Positions 1 to 9,398 of a DNA stretch of 21,666 nt are shown here, one piece after another. The position numbers and the translations under genes were made by a program. This DNA is from an uncultured virus (IMG/VR IMGVR_UViG_2585427635_000006). Its lineage: Duplodnaviria > Heunggongvirae > Uroviricota > Caudoviricetes. How positions within the stretch are numbered: the stretch's first letter is position 1; each line of letters begins with the position of its first letter. The notes below the pieces were generated by a model, which saw only the letters and a list, made by a program, of their open reading frames with translations, had not been told where the DNA came from and ran no database searches. The DNA is taken from the IMG/VR virus record IMGVR_UViG_2585427635_000006. One strand, given 5' to 3'.

Positions 1-2
1 GC

Positions 3-131
3 CAGACGCTGGGATGGCGTTTGGCGTATGAACACTGTGCGGCGCAAGTGCGCTGTGTTGCGGCATGGGGACAGGCGGCCAGCGTCGGGCAGCCGTGGTC
101 CGCAGATGGCTGTGGTGAAGAGGCCGAATGA
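3..131 (+). CDS. 3' end of a probable Rz1/LysC-like outer-membrane spanin (partial, starts before the window)
   Basis: Manual translation of frame 3: QTLGWRLAYEHCAAQVRCVAAWGQAASVGQPWSADGCGEEAE*, TGA at 129-131. The 'CAAQV' motif resembles LysC/Rz1 C-termini, and the position just before the terminase genes is typical for the end of a lysis cassette. Confidence 0.45.
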   Translation, partial: QTLGWRLAYEHCAAQVRCVAAWGQAASVGQPWSADGCGEEAE

Positions 132-145
132 GGCCAGTTTTTTTA

Positions 146-189
146 GTTTTTTTCGTCTATTAAAAGAAGGGCGATGAAACGAAAAAAAC
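146..189. repeat. 11-bp perfect inverted repeat (GTTTTTTTCGT / ACGAAAAAAAC) in the AT-rich spacer upstream of terS
   Basis: Arms at 146-156 and 179-189 read directly from the sequence, 22-nt loop. The spacer contains several T/A tracts. Confidence 0.7.
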
Positions 190-222
190 GCGGATGTTTT
201 ATTTTTCCTAAAGAGATCGTTG

Positions 223-621
223 ATGGCAGAGACTGGAAGAAAATCACATGTGCCAACGGATAAGAGTCGCCTGCTGGCGAAACAATTGACGTCGTTTGGC
301 ATACCGCATGCGGAGATTGCCTTGTTGATGCAAATCAGTGCGCCGACGCTGCGCAAGCACTACCGCGTGGAGTTAGATACTGGGCATATCGAAGCCAATG
401 CAAAGGTGGCTAAAAGTTTGTTCCGGTTAGCCACGCATAGCACCAATCCGAATATTACAGCCATCATCTTTTGGCTGAGGACGCGAGCTGGCTGGAAAGA
501 CACGCAACGCGTTGAGGTGTCCGGTCGCGATGGGGAGGCGATTGAACAGAAGGTTGGATTGGCGTTAGTCGATGAAAAACAAATCGCCTCGGCCCTCAAG
601 CGGCTTGAGGCTGAGTACTGA
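223..621 (+). CDS. Terminase small subunit
   Basis: ATG at 223 (ORF track opens at TTG 220). N-terminal HTH-like segment ([22 protein letters not shown]) and '[12 protein letters not shown]' are typical of small terminases. Lies directly upstream of and overlaps terL. Confidence 0.85.
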   Translation: MAETGRKSHVPTDKSRLLAKQLTSFGIPHAEIALLMQISAPTLRKHYRVELDTGHIEANAKVAKSLFRLATHSTNPNITAIIFWLRTRAGWKDTQRVEVSGRDGEAIEQKVGLALVDEKQIASALKRLEAEY

Positions 622-2122
622 ACAGGCCATTGATCAAGCGGTGATCAAGGCTAGGTGCGAAGCAGATCATTTATTTTTCACGCGGTATTTTTTCAAACAG
701 CGTCAGCAACTGCGGTTTAGGGTGAATTGGCACCATCAGGTGATTGCTGGGGTGGTGGACGATGTGATTGCAGGGCGGCGCAAGGATGTGGTGATTAATG
801 TGCCTCCTGGGTCGTCGAAAACGGAGCTTGTGGCAATTAATTTGATGGCGCGTGGGTTGGCGCTGAATCCGTATGCGCGGTTTTTGCATATTAGTTATTC
901 GGATGATTTGGCGCTGCTGAATTCAGAGACGGCGCGGGAGATTGTGCAGTCTGATGAGTATCGTGCGTTGTGGCCGTTGGAGATTGCCGATGATGCCAAG
1001 TCAAAGAAGCGTTGGAATGTGGTGGTGGATGGTAAGAAAGCCGGTGGGGTGTATGCGGTGAGTCTGGGGGGACAGGTGACGGGGTTTCGTGCCGGACACA
1101 TGGCCCCGGGATGGCAGGGGGCGATCATTATTGATGACCCGCTGAAGGTGGAAGATGCCTACAGCAAGACCGGACGCAGTAAGGCCAACCGTAAGCTGGT
1201 GTCCACGGTGAAGAGTCGTAAAGCCAGTCCGGACACACCAATTATTGTGATTATGCAACGTTTGGCGCAAGACGATCCGACGGGGTTCATCCAGTCTGGG
1301 GGATTCCCGGGGGCGTGGGAGTGTATTGAGATTCCTGCATTGATTGATGATGCCTACGTGTCCGGTTTGCCGGAGCAGGTGCAAGGGCAGGTGGTGCGTG
1401 ATGTGCAGGACCAGGACGGACGCTACAGCTACTGGCCGTACAAAGAACCGTTAGCTGAGTTGCTGGCGTTGGAAGCCACGGATCGTTATGTGTTCAGCGG
1501 TCAATATCAGCAGCGGCCCAGTCCGCTGGGCGCTGGGATCATCAAAGGGGATCAATTTGGGCGCTATACGGTGCTGCCGCGCATTCTCTCGCGCACGGTG
1601 TATGGCGATACGGCGCAGAAGACGGCTGAGCGCAATGATTACAGCGTCTTCCAACTGTGGGGGCTGGGAGAGGACAAGCGTATCTATCTGTTGGACATGA
1701 TTCGCGGCAAGTGGGAAGCGCCGGAACTCAAGCGGCGGGCGATTGATTTTTGGAATGCGCATCGCGCCTACGACCATAAGGTATCGGCTCCGATCCGTCA
1801 GATGAAGATTGAGGACAAATCTAGCGGCACGGGCTTAATTCAGGACATTGCCAGAGGTGGCGCTGGTCAGGGGCGTATTCCGGTGACTGGGATTGCACGG
1901 GTGACCGACAAGCTCACACGGGTGATGGATGTGGTGTCCTACATCGATGCGGGATGGGTGGTGATTCCAGAGCAGGCGGGGTGGGTGAAGGATTTTGTGG
2001 CTGAGTGTGAAGCGTTCAGCGCCGATGGCACGCATGCGCACGATGATCAAATTGATCCGATGGTGGATGCGATTAATGATCTGCTGGCCAATCCGGCAAG
2101 TGATTGGAGTCGCTGGGTGTGA
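572..2122 (+). CDS. terL: Terminase large subunit
   Basis: 516 aa. Walker A-like [10 protein letters not shown], Walker B-like IIIDDP, coupling motif IMQRL, YQQRP, and nuclease acidic motifs YGDTA, NDYSV and [11 protein letters not shown]. Confidence 0.95.
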   Translation: MKNKSPRPSSGLRLSTEQAIDQAVIKARCEADHLFFTRYFFKQRQQLRFRVNWHHQVIAGVVDDVIAGRRKDVVINVPPGSSKTELVAINLMARGLALNPYARFLHISYSDDLALLNSETAREIVQSDEYRALWPLEIADDAKSKKRWNVVVDGKKAGGVYAVSLGGQVTGFRAGHMAPGWQGAIIIDDPLKVEDAYSKTGRSKANRKLVSTVKSRKASPDTPIIVIMQRLAQDDPTGFIQSGGFPGAWECIEIPALIDDAYVSGLPEQVQGQVVRDVQDQDGRYSYWPYKEPLAELLALEATDRYVFSGQYQQRPSPLGAGIIKGDQFGRYTVLPRILSRTVYGDTAQKTAERNDYSVFQLWGLGEDKRIYLLDMIRGKWEAPELKRRAIDFWNAHRAYDHKVSAPIRQMKIEDKSSGTGLIQDIARGGAGQGRIPVTGIARVTDKLTRVMDVVSYIDAGWVVIPEQAGWVKDFVAECEAFSADGTHAHDDQIDPMVDAINDLLANPASDWSRWV

Positions 2123-3507
2123 GTGGGCGCAATCGCAACAAGCGCGCCGCGCGGGCCAGATCCGGTGCGGCGCCTCAGCATGTCGTGGACACCTTGCAGA
2201 ACCTGGTGGCCGGATTGGGCGATCAGCGCGACAAGATGAGCTATGGGCGGTACCTGCTGCCCCGGGTGATTGATCGTGTCGAACTGGAGGCGATGTACCG
2301 GACCAATTGGCTGGCGCGCAAGGTGGTGGATATTCCGGCCACGGACATGACGCGGGAATGGGTGACGTTGAATACGGCGCTGCACGCCGATGCGCTGGAG
2401 CCGATGCATCGTCTGGAACAGGCGTTGAACGTGCGCGCCAAGGTGCGTGATGCGCTGGCCTGGGCGCGGTTGTACGGGGGTGCGGTGCTGTTTATCAATG
2501 TGCATGGGCAAGACCCGTGCTTGCCGTTTGATCCGGCCTCGGTCATGCCGGGGACCAGGCTATCGCTGACGGTGTTGGATCGCTGGCGGGTGGCGCTGGG
2601 CAGTGGTCAGATGGACCAGGACCCCTTGAGTGAGACCTACGGGCAACCGCGCTGTTATCAGATTGCCGGATCGGTGGAGCGGGTGGACCATTCACGGATG
2701 ATTGCTTTTTCTGGAGCGGAACTGCCCTGGGAGGCATTCAGGGGGAACGGCTACTGGCATGACTCGGTATTGCAGGCCATGTATAACGCGCTTAGCCGCT
2801 ATGACACCGCGACCCAGGGCACGGCGTCGATGTTTTTTGAGGCGGTGGTGGATGTATTGCGGATCTCTGGACTCAGCGACACGTTAACAACGGACCGAGG
2901 GGCCGAAGAGGTACACAAGCGCTTTCAGTTAGCGGCCATGATGAAATCGTTCAATCGGATGCTGCTGCTGGATGCTAAGGATGAATATAGCCAAAAAACC
3001 AATCACTTTGCGGGTGTGAAGGATGTGATTGAGCAATTCATGATGGATATTTCAGGGGCGGCGGATATTCCGGCGACCCGGTTGTTTGGTCAGTCCCCCC
3101 AAGGCATGAACGCCACCGGTGACAGTGATATTCGCAATTATTACGACCGCATCAAGGCGCAGCAGGAGGATGAGCTGCGGCCTGTGCTGAGGTTGTTGTA
3201 TGAGGTGCTGTTTCGGGCCTCTGTGGGTGAGTGTCCTCATGATCTGGAGATCCAGTTCAATTCGCTATGGCAGATGAGCCAGACAGAGCAGGCGAGCATT
3301 GAGAAGCTACGCGCCGAGCGTGATCAGATTTACTTGACGCATGGTGTGATCGGTCCAGACGTGCCCTGTGCTGAGCTGCTGGAACAAAAAACCTATTCAA
3401 AGATCACCGAACGCGATGTGGCGCTGGCGGCGGAACTGTCTCAGGCGATGGAGCCTCCAGATGTGTGGCCATTGGTGGAAACGACAGCATCGGCTTCCAA
3501 TACATAG
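2119..3507 (+). CDS. Portal protein (DUF1073-like family)
   Basis: Probable GTG start at 2119 overlapping the terL stop (GTGA). Motifs [23 protein letters not shown] and [33 protein letters not shown] are typical of this portal family; follows terL. Confidence 0.9.
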   Translation: MSGRNRNKRAARARSGAAPQHVVDTLQNLVAGLGDQRDKMSYGRYLLPRVIDRVELEAMYRTNWLARKVVDIPATDMTREWVTLNTALHADALEPMHRLEQALNVRAKVRDALAWARLYGGAVLFINVHGQDPCLPFDPASVMPGTRLSLTVLDRWRVALGSGQMDQDPLSETYGQPRCYQIAGSVERVDHSRMIAFSGAELPWEAFRGNGYWHDSVLQAMYNALSRYDTATQGTASMFFEAVVDVLRISGLSDTLTTDRGAEEVHKRFQLAAMMKSFNRMLLLDAKDEYSQKTNHFAGVKDVIEQFMMDISGAADIPATRLFGQSPQGMNATGDSDIRNYYDRIKAQQEDELRPVLRLLYEVLFRASVGECPHDLEIQFNSLWQMSQTEQASIEKLRAERDQIYLTHGVIGPDVPCAELLEQKTYSKITERDVALAAELSQAMEPPDVWPLVETTASASNT

Positions 3508-3555
3508 GCTGCGATTGGAATCATGCAGTGGTCAGATAAAAAACAGGCGAAGCAC

Positions 3556-3837
3556 TCACGCCGCTTTCAGTACGCGCATTTCCACATGCATACCAGCCGC
3601 CGCAGCCATGTTGACCAGTGCATCCAAGCCGAACAGGTTGATTTTGCCGCGCATTAAATCTGACACGCGAGGCTGCGTGACACCGAACAGCGTAGCGGCT
3701 TGAGACTGACTCAGCGCAGCCGTTTCGATGTGTTGTTTCAAGGCCATCATGAGTGCGGAACGTAACTTCATGTTTTCGGCGCCTTCGGGAGTGTCCTCAA
3801 TGGCATCCCACACACTTGTGAATCGCTCGTTGTTCAT
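3556..3837 (-). CDS. higA: HigA-like XRE/HTH antitoxin
   Basis: 93 aa with HTH LSQSQAATLFGVTQPRVSDLMRGKI. Its ATG overlaps the toxin stop (ATGA) and is preceded by an SD-like GAGGTAGG. Confidence 0.88.
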   Translation of the reverse strand: MNNERFTSVWDAIEDTPEGAENMKLRSALMMALKQHIETAALSQSQAATLFGVTQPRVSDLMRGKINLFGLDALVNMAAAAGMHVEMRVLKAA

Positions 3838-4172
3838 TGTCCTACCTCATTAAACAGATCACGGTAGCGTTTAGCCGCTACATCAAGATCGCCTTTGGTG
3901 GTTTTCTCAGTTTTCTTTTGGAAGCAATGCAACACATAGACAGCCTCGGACCACTTGGCAACGTAGATAACGCGGAAAGCGCCGTCTGCGTCACGGATGC
4001 GAATCTCGCGGACTCCACGCCCTACCGTGGGCATGGGCTTCCAGTCGTCAGCGTCGCGTCCGTTTTGCACTTGGTGAAGCTGGTACCCGGCCTCACGTCT
4101 TACACTCACTGGGAAAGTGCGTAAGTCGTCAAGAGCACTGCCTCTGAATTCAATAGGTTTGGGTCCTACCAT
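3834..4172 (-). CDS. higB: RelE/ParE-superfamily toxin (HigB / phage Gp49-like)
   Basis: 112 aa. Motifs GVREIRI, GAFRVIYVAK and VYVLHCFQKKT are typical. Toxin-first arrangement upstream of an HTH antitoxin. Confidence 0.88.
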   Translation of the reverse strand: MVGPKPIEFRGSALDDLRTFPVSVRREAGYQLHQVQNGRDADDWKPMPTVGRGVREIRIRDADGAFRVIYVAKWSEAVYVLHCFQKKTEKTTKGDLDVAAKRYRDLFNEVGQ

Positions 4173-4204
4173 GCGCCATGATACAAAACTTTGTATGAGC
4201 GCAA
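4172..4204 (-). promoter_or_regulatory. Promoter/operator of the higBA-like module
   Basis: Perfect inverted repeat ATACAAA-AC-TTTGTAT (4181-4196) with outer TGCGC/GCGCA arms. Minus-strand TTGCGC (4204-4199), 15 nt, TATCAT (4183-4178); the spacing is short, so the -35 is uncertain. Confidence 0.65.
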
Positions 4205-4244
4205 GGATATCTTTGTCGGCCCACGGAATTTAAGTTCACTGAGG

Positions 4245-5090
4245 ATGTTGACATTACCGGAGCTACTGCGCTTGCAGGGACGCCGGGTCAAGAAGCGGCA
4301 GTTACGCCCGCCGCGACCCAGCCGCCACGCTGAGGCCATGTATAGGAACGAACTGCTGGCCTTGGTGCGGGTGCTGCACCAGGCGGTGCGGGAGGAGGTG
4401 CTGCCGGTGCTCAACGCATCGCAGCCCCACATGACACGTGATGCGCCTGACGGCAGCGCCCCACAGAGCTATCTGGCATCCCAGTTTATGCAGGCCATTG
4501 AAGCGGCCTTGCTGCGGGCGGCGTTGCGCTGTGGTGGCTTGCCTCAATGGGCCGAGCGGATGGCCGCCCAGCAGGTGCAGCGTGTGGACCGTCAGGTCGT
4601 ACAGACGATTGGCAGCGCGGTGCGTACCGCCTTCGGCATCGACATCACGTCATTGATGCTGGCCCAGGAGGTGCGCACGCAGATACACGCGGCCCGTGCC
4701 GTCAATGTCCAGTTGATCACCTCCATCCAGCGACAGTATTTCGACAAGATCGGTACGGCCGTGTTGCAAGGCGTCATGCAGGGCAGACGCGCCAGAGATG
4801 TTGCCAAGGAGATTGAACAGATCACCGATGCCACGGCATCAAGGGCCACATTCATTGCACGGGATCAGACATCAAAAATGAATGCCGCATTCAATGAAAT
4901 CCGGCAAGTGGGGTTGGGGATTGAAAGCTACACCTGGCAGACCTCAGGAGATGAACGGGTGCGTGAGGATCATGCCGCCCATGATGGCACCGTCTTTCGA
5001 TGGAGCGATCCGCCCGCGACGGGGCATCCGGGACAGGACTACAACTGCCGCTGTGTGGCGATTCCGAACGTGACGCTGGAAGGCCCTTGA
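4245..5090 (+). CDS. Head morphogenesis / minor capsid protein (SPP1 gp7 / Mu gpF family)
   Basis: Probable ATG at 4245, in frame with the ORF-track call from 4191. C-terminal IARDQTSK, YTWQTSGDERVREDH and HPGQDYNCRCVA are characteristic. Confidence 0.9.
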   Translation: MLTLPELLRLQGRRVKKRQLRPPRPSRHAEAMYRNELLALVRVLHQAVREEVLPVLNASQPHMTRDAPDGSAPQSYLASQFMQAIEAALLRAALRCGGLPQWAERMAAQQVQRVDRQVVQTIGSAVRTAFGIDITSLMLAQEVRTQIHAARAVNVQLITSIQRQYFDKIGTAVLQGVMQGRRARDVAKEIEQITDATASRATFIARDQTSKMNAAFNEIRQVGLGIESYTWQTSGDERVREDHAAHDGTVFRWSDPPATGHPGQDYNCRCVAIPNVTLEGP

Positions 5091-6298
5091 TGATCACCCT
5101 GGATGTCCAACTGACCCAACGTCGCAAGACGCCGGAAGGGTATCTGATCGTACCTGCCCGATTTGCGCGCACCGGCATACAGCACTATGCCGCCCACGAA
5201 TTAGGGGTGAGTGGTGCGGATCCCCAGCGGGTGATTCGCGTCTACCGACCGCCTGAAGAAGTGTTTGCTGCTGAGGCTATCGCCAGCTTTGATGGTCGCC
5301 CGATTACCGATGAGCATCCGGATGAGGAGGTGACCGCCGAGAACTGGCGCGCCCATGCGGTGGGCTTTGCCCGCAATCCACGGCGCGAAGGGGAGTATCT
5401 GGTGGCCGATCTCACCATTACCGATGAGGCGACCATCGAAAAGATTGAAGCTGGCAAACAAGAACTTTCCGGCGGCTACAGCGCTGAGTACGACTGGACC
5501 CCAGGCTGGACCCCGGAGGGCGAGGCCTACGAGGTGAAACAGATCCGGATCCGTGGCAACCACATTGCCACCGTTGCCGCGGGCCGTGCTGGCCCCCAGT
5601 GCCGCGTGGCTGATCGTGACATTGCCTTACCCCCACCCTTTGGAGAACACCCCATGACCAAACGCCGCATTAGTGTTGACGGTATCAGCCTGGAGCTTGA
5701 AGAGACGGAGGCCAGCGCGGTTGAACACCTGGCGGCCAAACTCAAGACGGCCACCGAGAAAGTGGATGCCCTGGAAGAGGATCTGCACGCCGCCCAGGCC
5801 CCGGTCAAACTGGACAGCGGCCAAGCGCTGACCAAGGAACAGCTGGTGGCCAACATAGCGGACCTGTCCAAGCAATTGGCGGCGCTGGAAGCGGCCCGCG
5901 CTGCGGACGAGGACCCGCAACAGCGGGATCAAGCGATTGAAGCCATGTCACGACAGATGGGCGATGCGCGGCGGCTGGTGCCGGGCCTGGTGACCGACGG
6001 CAAGCCGTGCAGCGCGATCCGCCGTGAAGTGGTCAGCCGTCTCCACCCCACGTATCCGGCCATGATTGACACCTTACTGCACGGGGTGCGTGTGGCCGAT
6101 GCCGCGCAGACGGCGGTCGACCTGGCGTTTAACGTTCTGGCGTCCGCGCCGGTGACGGCTTCGGCAGGGCTGGCTGCTGAGGCGGTGAACGAGGCGTTAC
6201 GGCGTCAGATCGTCAAGACATCGGATGCCGATTTGGACCCGCGAGCGGCGTATATCCAGCAGCTCACTCACGCCACCTATGGCACTTCAGCACCCTAA
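5090..6298 (+). CDS. Prohead protease/scaffold (DUF2213-like)
   Basis: ATG at 5090 overlapping the upstream TGA. Motifs TPEGYL, ARTGIQHY, PITDEHP, ELSGGY and NHIATVAAGRAG, followed by a coiled-coil-like C-terminal half. Confidence 0.88.
   Translation: MITLDVQLTQRRKTPEGYLIVPARFARTGIQHYAAHELGVSGADPQRVIRVYRPPEEVFAAEAIASFDGRPITDEHPDEEVTAENWRAHAVGFARNPRREGEYLVADLTITDEATIEKIEAGKQELSGGYSAEYDWTPGWTPEGEAYEVKQIRIRGNHIATVAAGRAGPQCRVADRDIALPPPFGEHPMTKRRISVDGISLELEETEASAVEHLAAKLKTATEKVDALEEDLHAAQAPVKLDSGQALTKEQLVANIADLSKQLAALEAARAADEDPQQRDQAIEAMSRQMGDARRLVPGLVTDGKPCSAIRREVVSRLHPTYPAMIDTLLHGVRVADAAQTAVDLAFNVLASAPVTASAGLAAEAVNEALRRQIVKTSDADLDPRAAYIQQLTHATYGTSAP
5654..6298 (+). CDS. Putative nested scaffolding protein (internal in-frame start)
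   Basis: GGAGA SD at 5642-5646, 7 nt before an in-frame ATG (MTKRRISVDG...) just after the protease domain. Helical, Ala/Glu-rich product of 214 aa. Confidence 0.6.
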   Translation: MTKRRISVDGISLELEETEASAVEHLAAKLKTATEKVDALEEDLHAAQAPVKLDSGQALTKEQLVANIADLSKQLAALEAARAADEDPQQRDQAIEAMSRQMGDARRLVPGLVTDGKPCSAIRREVVSRLHPTYPAMIDTLLHGVRVADAAQTAVDLAFNVLASAPVTASAGLAAEAVNEALRRQIVKTSDADLDPRAAYIQQLTHATYGTSAP

Positions 6299-6307
6299 GG
6301 AACACGC

Positions 6308-6790
6308 ATGTCCGGAATTGACTTATCCACCTATGGTGGGCGCTTACTTGATCTTGGCTATGCGGGGCAAGTGATCGACTTGAACACCAGCGGCCTTTGC
6401 AACTACAAAAACGCCGGAGAAACCCCGATTGATTTTGGCTTATTTGTGGCACGCGGCCCCAAAGACGCCACCTGCAAAGCCCCCGATGGGGCAGACGCCG
6501 CCATCCTGGGGATCAGTGTCCGCCATGTCACGATGGTGGCCGATGCGGCCGGACAGGTCCGGTATGCCCCCCATGCGATGGTGCCGGTGTTGGAGATCGG
6601 TCGCATTTGGGTGATCTGCGAGGATGGCTGCCGCCCGGATGATCCGGTGTTTATCCGCATTGCGGGAACGGGGGCCTGGGGCGCGGCCCGATCCGCCGCC
6701 ATCGCTTCAGACACCATTCCCTACCCCCAGGCCATCTGGGACAGCACGAGCGCCCCCGGAGCGCTGGGCGTGATCCGCATTCTTAAATAA
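6308..6790 (+). CDS. Capsid cement/decoration protein
   Basis: 160 aa with a TAAGGA SD, located between protease and major capsid genes. Gly-rich beta-type motifs (FGLFVARG, LGISVR, GRIWV). Confidence 0.7.
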   Translation: MSGIDLSTYGGRLLDLGYAGQVIDLNTSGLCNYKNAGETPIDFGLFVARGPKDATCKAPDGADAAILGISVRHVTMVADAAGQVRYAPHAMVPVLEIGRIWVICEDGCRPDDPVFIRIAGTGAWGAARSAAIASDTIPYPQAIWDSTSAPGALGVIRILK

Positions 6791-6799
6791 GGGACCTGC

Positions 6800-7783
6800 A
6801 TGAACATGATTGACATACGCCGCCGTCAGATAGCCGATGCGTTGAACCCGATGTTGCTGACTGATGCGCGGTATCAGACCTCTGATGCCACCCAAGCGCT
6901 GGCGTTTTTGGTGTCGCAACTGACCCATGTTGAATCGACGATCTACGCCCGCCAGCGCCAAGGCATCCAGTACCGGGATTTGGTGCCCATCAGCACCGAA
7001 GCGGGCGAGTACGCCACCTCGGTGACCTATCAAATGTATGACTATTCCGGACGGGGCAAGCGGCATTCTGGACGGGGCGAAGATATTCCGACGGTCGATG
7101 TGGCCTACGCACAAAAGAGCGTGCCTGTGGTGTTGGGCACCATTGGCTACGATTACACCACCGAGGAACTGCGCCAATCGGCCTTTCTGCGTAAACCCCT
7201 CAACACCGCGCGGGCCGATGCGGCGATGGATGCCTATGAGCGTCATATCAACGATGTGGCGTTGTTTGGTGAGGACGAACTCACCGGCCTGTATAACCAT
7301 CCTGGCGTGCCGGTCCTGTTGAACACCGCCGGACCTTGGATCGGTCAGTCGCCCGCCCAGGTGCTGGCCTTGTTCAACGCCCTGATCTCCAGCGCTTGGA
7401 TGAACACCCACTATGTGGAGATGATCGATACCGTCCTGTTGCCCGGTAGCGTCATGAACTATCTCGTCTCCACCCCGCGCAGTGACAACAGCGATAAAAC
7501 CATTCTGCATTACGTGCTGGAAAACAACATTGCCAAAGCCGAGCGTGGCCTTGATCTGACCGTCCGCACCGGCTACGGCTTAGAGACGGCAGGGGAAGGC
7601 GGCACGACCCGCGCCATGGTGTATACCAAGCACCCGACCAAGCTGGTGCTGCATCTGCCCATGCCGATCCGGTTTTTGCCCCCGCAACCCAAGGGCCTGA
7701 CGTTTGATATTCCAGGTGAATACAAATACAGCGGCGTGGAGTTCCGTTATCCCAAGTCCGCCCTGTATGCCGACGGCATTTGA
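6800..7783 (+). CDS. Major capsid protein (DUF2184-like, HK97 fold)
   Basis: 327 aa with an AAGGGA SD. Motifs GYDYTTEEL, ALFGE..LTGLYNHP and GVEFRYP; expected position; followed by a terminator. Confidence 0.9.
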   Translation: MNMIDIRRRQIADALNPMLLTDARYQTSDATQALAFLVSQLTHVESTIYARQRQGIQYRDLVPISTEAGEYATSVTYQMYDYSGRGKRHSGRGEDIPTVDVAYAQKSVPVVLGTIGYDYTTEELRQSAFLRKPLNTARADAAMDAYERHINDVALFGEDELTGLYNHPGVPVLLNTAGPWIGQSPAQVLALFNALISSAWMNTHYVEMIDTVLLPGSVMNYLVSTPRSDNSDKTILHYVLENNIAKAERGLDLTVRTGYGLETAGEGGTTRAMVYTKHPTKLVLHLPMPIRFLPPQPKGLTFDIPGEYKYSGVEFRYPKSALYADGI

Positions 7784-7807
7784 GTCTGAGGCCACACACA
7801 TGACACC

Positions 7808-7830
7808 AGCGCCCTGAGGCGCTTTTTTTT
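7808..7830 (+). terminator. Rho-independent terminator after the major capsid gene
   Basis: AGCGCC-CTGA-GGCGCT hairpin (7808-7823) followed by a run of T to 7830. Confidence 0.8.
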
Positions 7831-7845
7831 GGAGAACGCAGCACC

Positions 7846-8199
7846 ATGACCACGATCATGCTCAAGAACACCCGCAGCTGTGATGTCACCCTGGATGGCG
7901 TGACGATCCAGGCCGGACGCACGCAGGCCCTGGAGGCCGCACACGTGGAGCAGCTGCGGCAGCACCCTGGCATTGGCCTGTGGTTTGACAATGGCTATTT
8001 GGTGGAGCAGCAGGAGGAGCCGGTCCAGCGGGAGGAACAGCAGGAGAAGCCGCTCCAGCCGCACAGCCCCCCTGAGGGGGCGGGCCCACCCAACAGTGAA
8101 GGGCAGGTTTCTGGTGAAGGGAGCGCGGCTGTCCTTCCGGGGACCGGCAGCCATGACAGCACGCCGGTCAAATCTGGCAAACCCGGAAGGAAGGGATGA
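7846..8199 (+). CDS. Hypothetical head-associated protein with low-complexity C-terminus
   Basis: 117 aa with a GGAG SD at 7831. Ordered-looking N-terminal ~55 aa, then a Q/E/P/G/S-rich tail. Stop overlaps the next start. Confidence 0.7.
   Translation: MTTIMLKNTRSCDVTLDGVTIQAGRTQALEAAHVEQLRQHPGIGLWFDNGYLVEQQEEPVQREEQQEKPLQPHSPPEGAGPPNSEGQVSGEGSAAVLPGTGSHDSTPVKSGKPGRKG
8001..8060 (+). repeat. Imperfect 30-bp tandem duplication (25/30 identical)
   Basis: GGTGGAGCAGCAGGAGGAGCCGGTCCAGCG followed by GGAGGAACAGCAGGAGAAGCCGCTCCAGCC, encoding VEQQEEPVQR / EEQQEKPLQP. Confidence 0.75.
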
Positions 8200-8567
8200 T
8201 GTCCGAGTCACTGACGCTTCACACGTTCCTGGCACGCTATCCGGAGTTTGCCACCCAACCCCCGGAACGCGTGGCTCAGGCCCTGGAAGACGCCCATCCC
8301 TGGGTGGATGCGTCCCGATGGGGAGCGGCGTATGCGCAAGGAATCGCGAGCCTGGCGGCCCATTTTGTGTGGTCCATCCCAGGGCTGGGCGACAGCGCCG
8401 CCACCACAGGCGCGGTAGTGTCCGAGCGGGCCGGTGATCTGCACATCAGCTACGCGGCGCTGCCCTCTGACAGTGCCAGTGACGCTTGGCTAGCCACCTC
8501 GGTGTATGGACAACGTTACCTGACGCTGCGTCGGATGATCGGCCTGGGGGCCTTGGTCGCCCCATGA
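8196..8567 (+). CDS. Head-tail adaptor (DUF4054-like)
   Basis: 123 aa. Motifs FLARYPEF, LAAHF, VVSERAGDLHISY and TSVYGQRY; expected synteny after the capsid. Confidence 0.8.
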   Translation: MMSESLTLHTFLARYPEFATQPPERVAQALEDAHPWVDASRWGAAYAQGIASLAAHFVWSIPGLGDSAATTGAVVSERAGDLHISYAALPSDSASDAWLATSVYGQRYLTLRRMIGLGALVAP

Positions 8568-9043
8568 GTGCCGTCAAGATCCTTCGGCCCGCCGATCCCA
8601 ACACGTGGAAGGCCCTGGCGCAGCGGCTTCAGACGCTGGGGGAGCGCGCTGTGGTGGTGGGCATTCCTGCCGCGCACAACGCCCGGACGGAAGACGGGAT
8701 CGGCTCGGCTGGACTGTTGGCGGTGCATGAATTGGGTGCGCCAGAGCGGGGCATTCCGGAACGCTCGGTGGTGCGGCGTTCCATCAGCGAGCATCAGGAC
8801 AAGTATGTGGCCCTGCACAGGCAGCACCTGCGCGCAGTGCTGCGTGATGCGATGACCGTAGAAACCGCCCTGGACACCCTCGGGGCGGTGGCCGCAGGCG
8901 ATGTCCAGGCCACCATCCGTCACGCGGACTTACCGCCGCTGAGGCAACAGACCATTCAGCGCAAAGGCTCCAGCGCCCCGCTGATTGACACCGGGCAGAT
9001 GCTCCAGTCGATCACCTATGAGGTGCGCGATGCTGAAGATTAG
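8564..9043 (+). CDS. Neck / virion morphogenesis protein
   Basis: ATG at 8564 overlapping the upstream TGA. Motifs VHELG, IPERS and PLIDTGQMLQSITY are common in phage neck/tail-completion proteins. Confidence 0.75.
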   Translation: MSAVKILRPADPNTWKALAQRLQTLGERAVVVGIPAAHNARTEDGIGSAGLLAVHELGAPERGIPERSVVRRSISEHQDKYVALHRQHLRAVLRDAMTVETALDTLGAVAAGDVQATIRHADLPPLRQQTIQRKGSSAPLIDTGQMLQSITYEVRDAED

Positions 9044-9398
9044 CGCGCTGTTTGGCAATCCACGCTTTGCCCAGACCGTCACGGTGCACCGTGACCACGG
9101 GCACTATCACGCCGATGGCACCTGGATCCAGGCCATCGTTGCGCACCCTGTGCGAGCGATCCTGCATCCGGTCAAACCCGATGACCTGCAATTGCTTCCA
9201 GAAGGGCAGCGCTATTTTCCCTCCAAAAAAATCATGAGCCAGCACGCGCTATGCGTCGGTGATCTGGTGCGCTACCAGGACACCACCTGGCGCATCGTGC
9301 AGCTTTCTGACTGGTCCGAGTATGGCTACTACCACGGTATCGCCGTTCGACATGACGGGACTGCGCAACCTGCTGCGGATGCTTTTGGCCTTACCTGA
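9030..9398 (+). CDS. Head-closure (stopper) protein
   Basis: ATG at 9030 after GAGGTG. Motifs DLQLLPEGQR, GDLVRYQDTTWRIV and DWSEYGYY; position between neck genes. Confidence 0.7.
   Translation: MLKISALFGNPRFAQTVTVHRDHGHYHADGTWIQAIVAHPVRAILHPVKPDDLQLLPEGQRYFPSKKIMSQHALCVGDLVRYQDTTWRIVQLSDWSEYGYYHGIAVRHDGTAQPAADAFGLT

Noticed and set aside
571..621. Possible terS-terL frameshift fusion at GAAAAAC in the 50-bp overlap
   Set aside because: terL is in the +1 frame relative to terS, not -1, and has its own ATG at 572.
3495..3520. TTCCAAT/ATTGGAA inverted repeat spanning the portal stop
   Set aside because: AT-rich 7-bp stem with a 12-nt loop and no adjacent U-tract; not a convincing terminator.
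4191..4244. ORF-track N-terminal extension of the head morphogenesis gene (TTG 4191)
   Set aside because: It runs through the TA operator/promoter; ATG 4245 is the more plausible start. Similar over-extensions at 2104, 5000, 8486, 8985 and 9259 were trimmed to coupled or more plausible starts.
6707..7510. 267-aa minus-strand ORF opposite the major capsid gene
   Set aside because: Shadow ORF of a GC-rich coding region with no recognisable motifs; the same applies to the many other short overlapping ORFs in the track.
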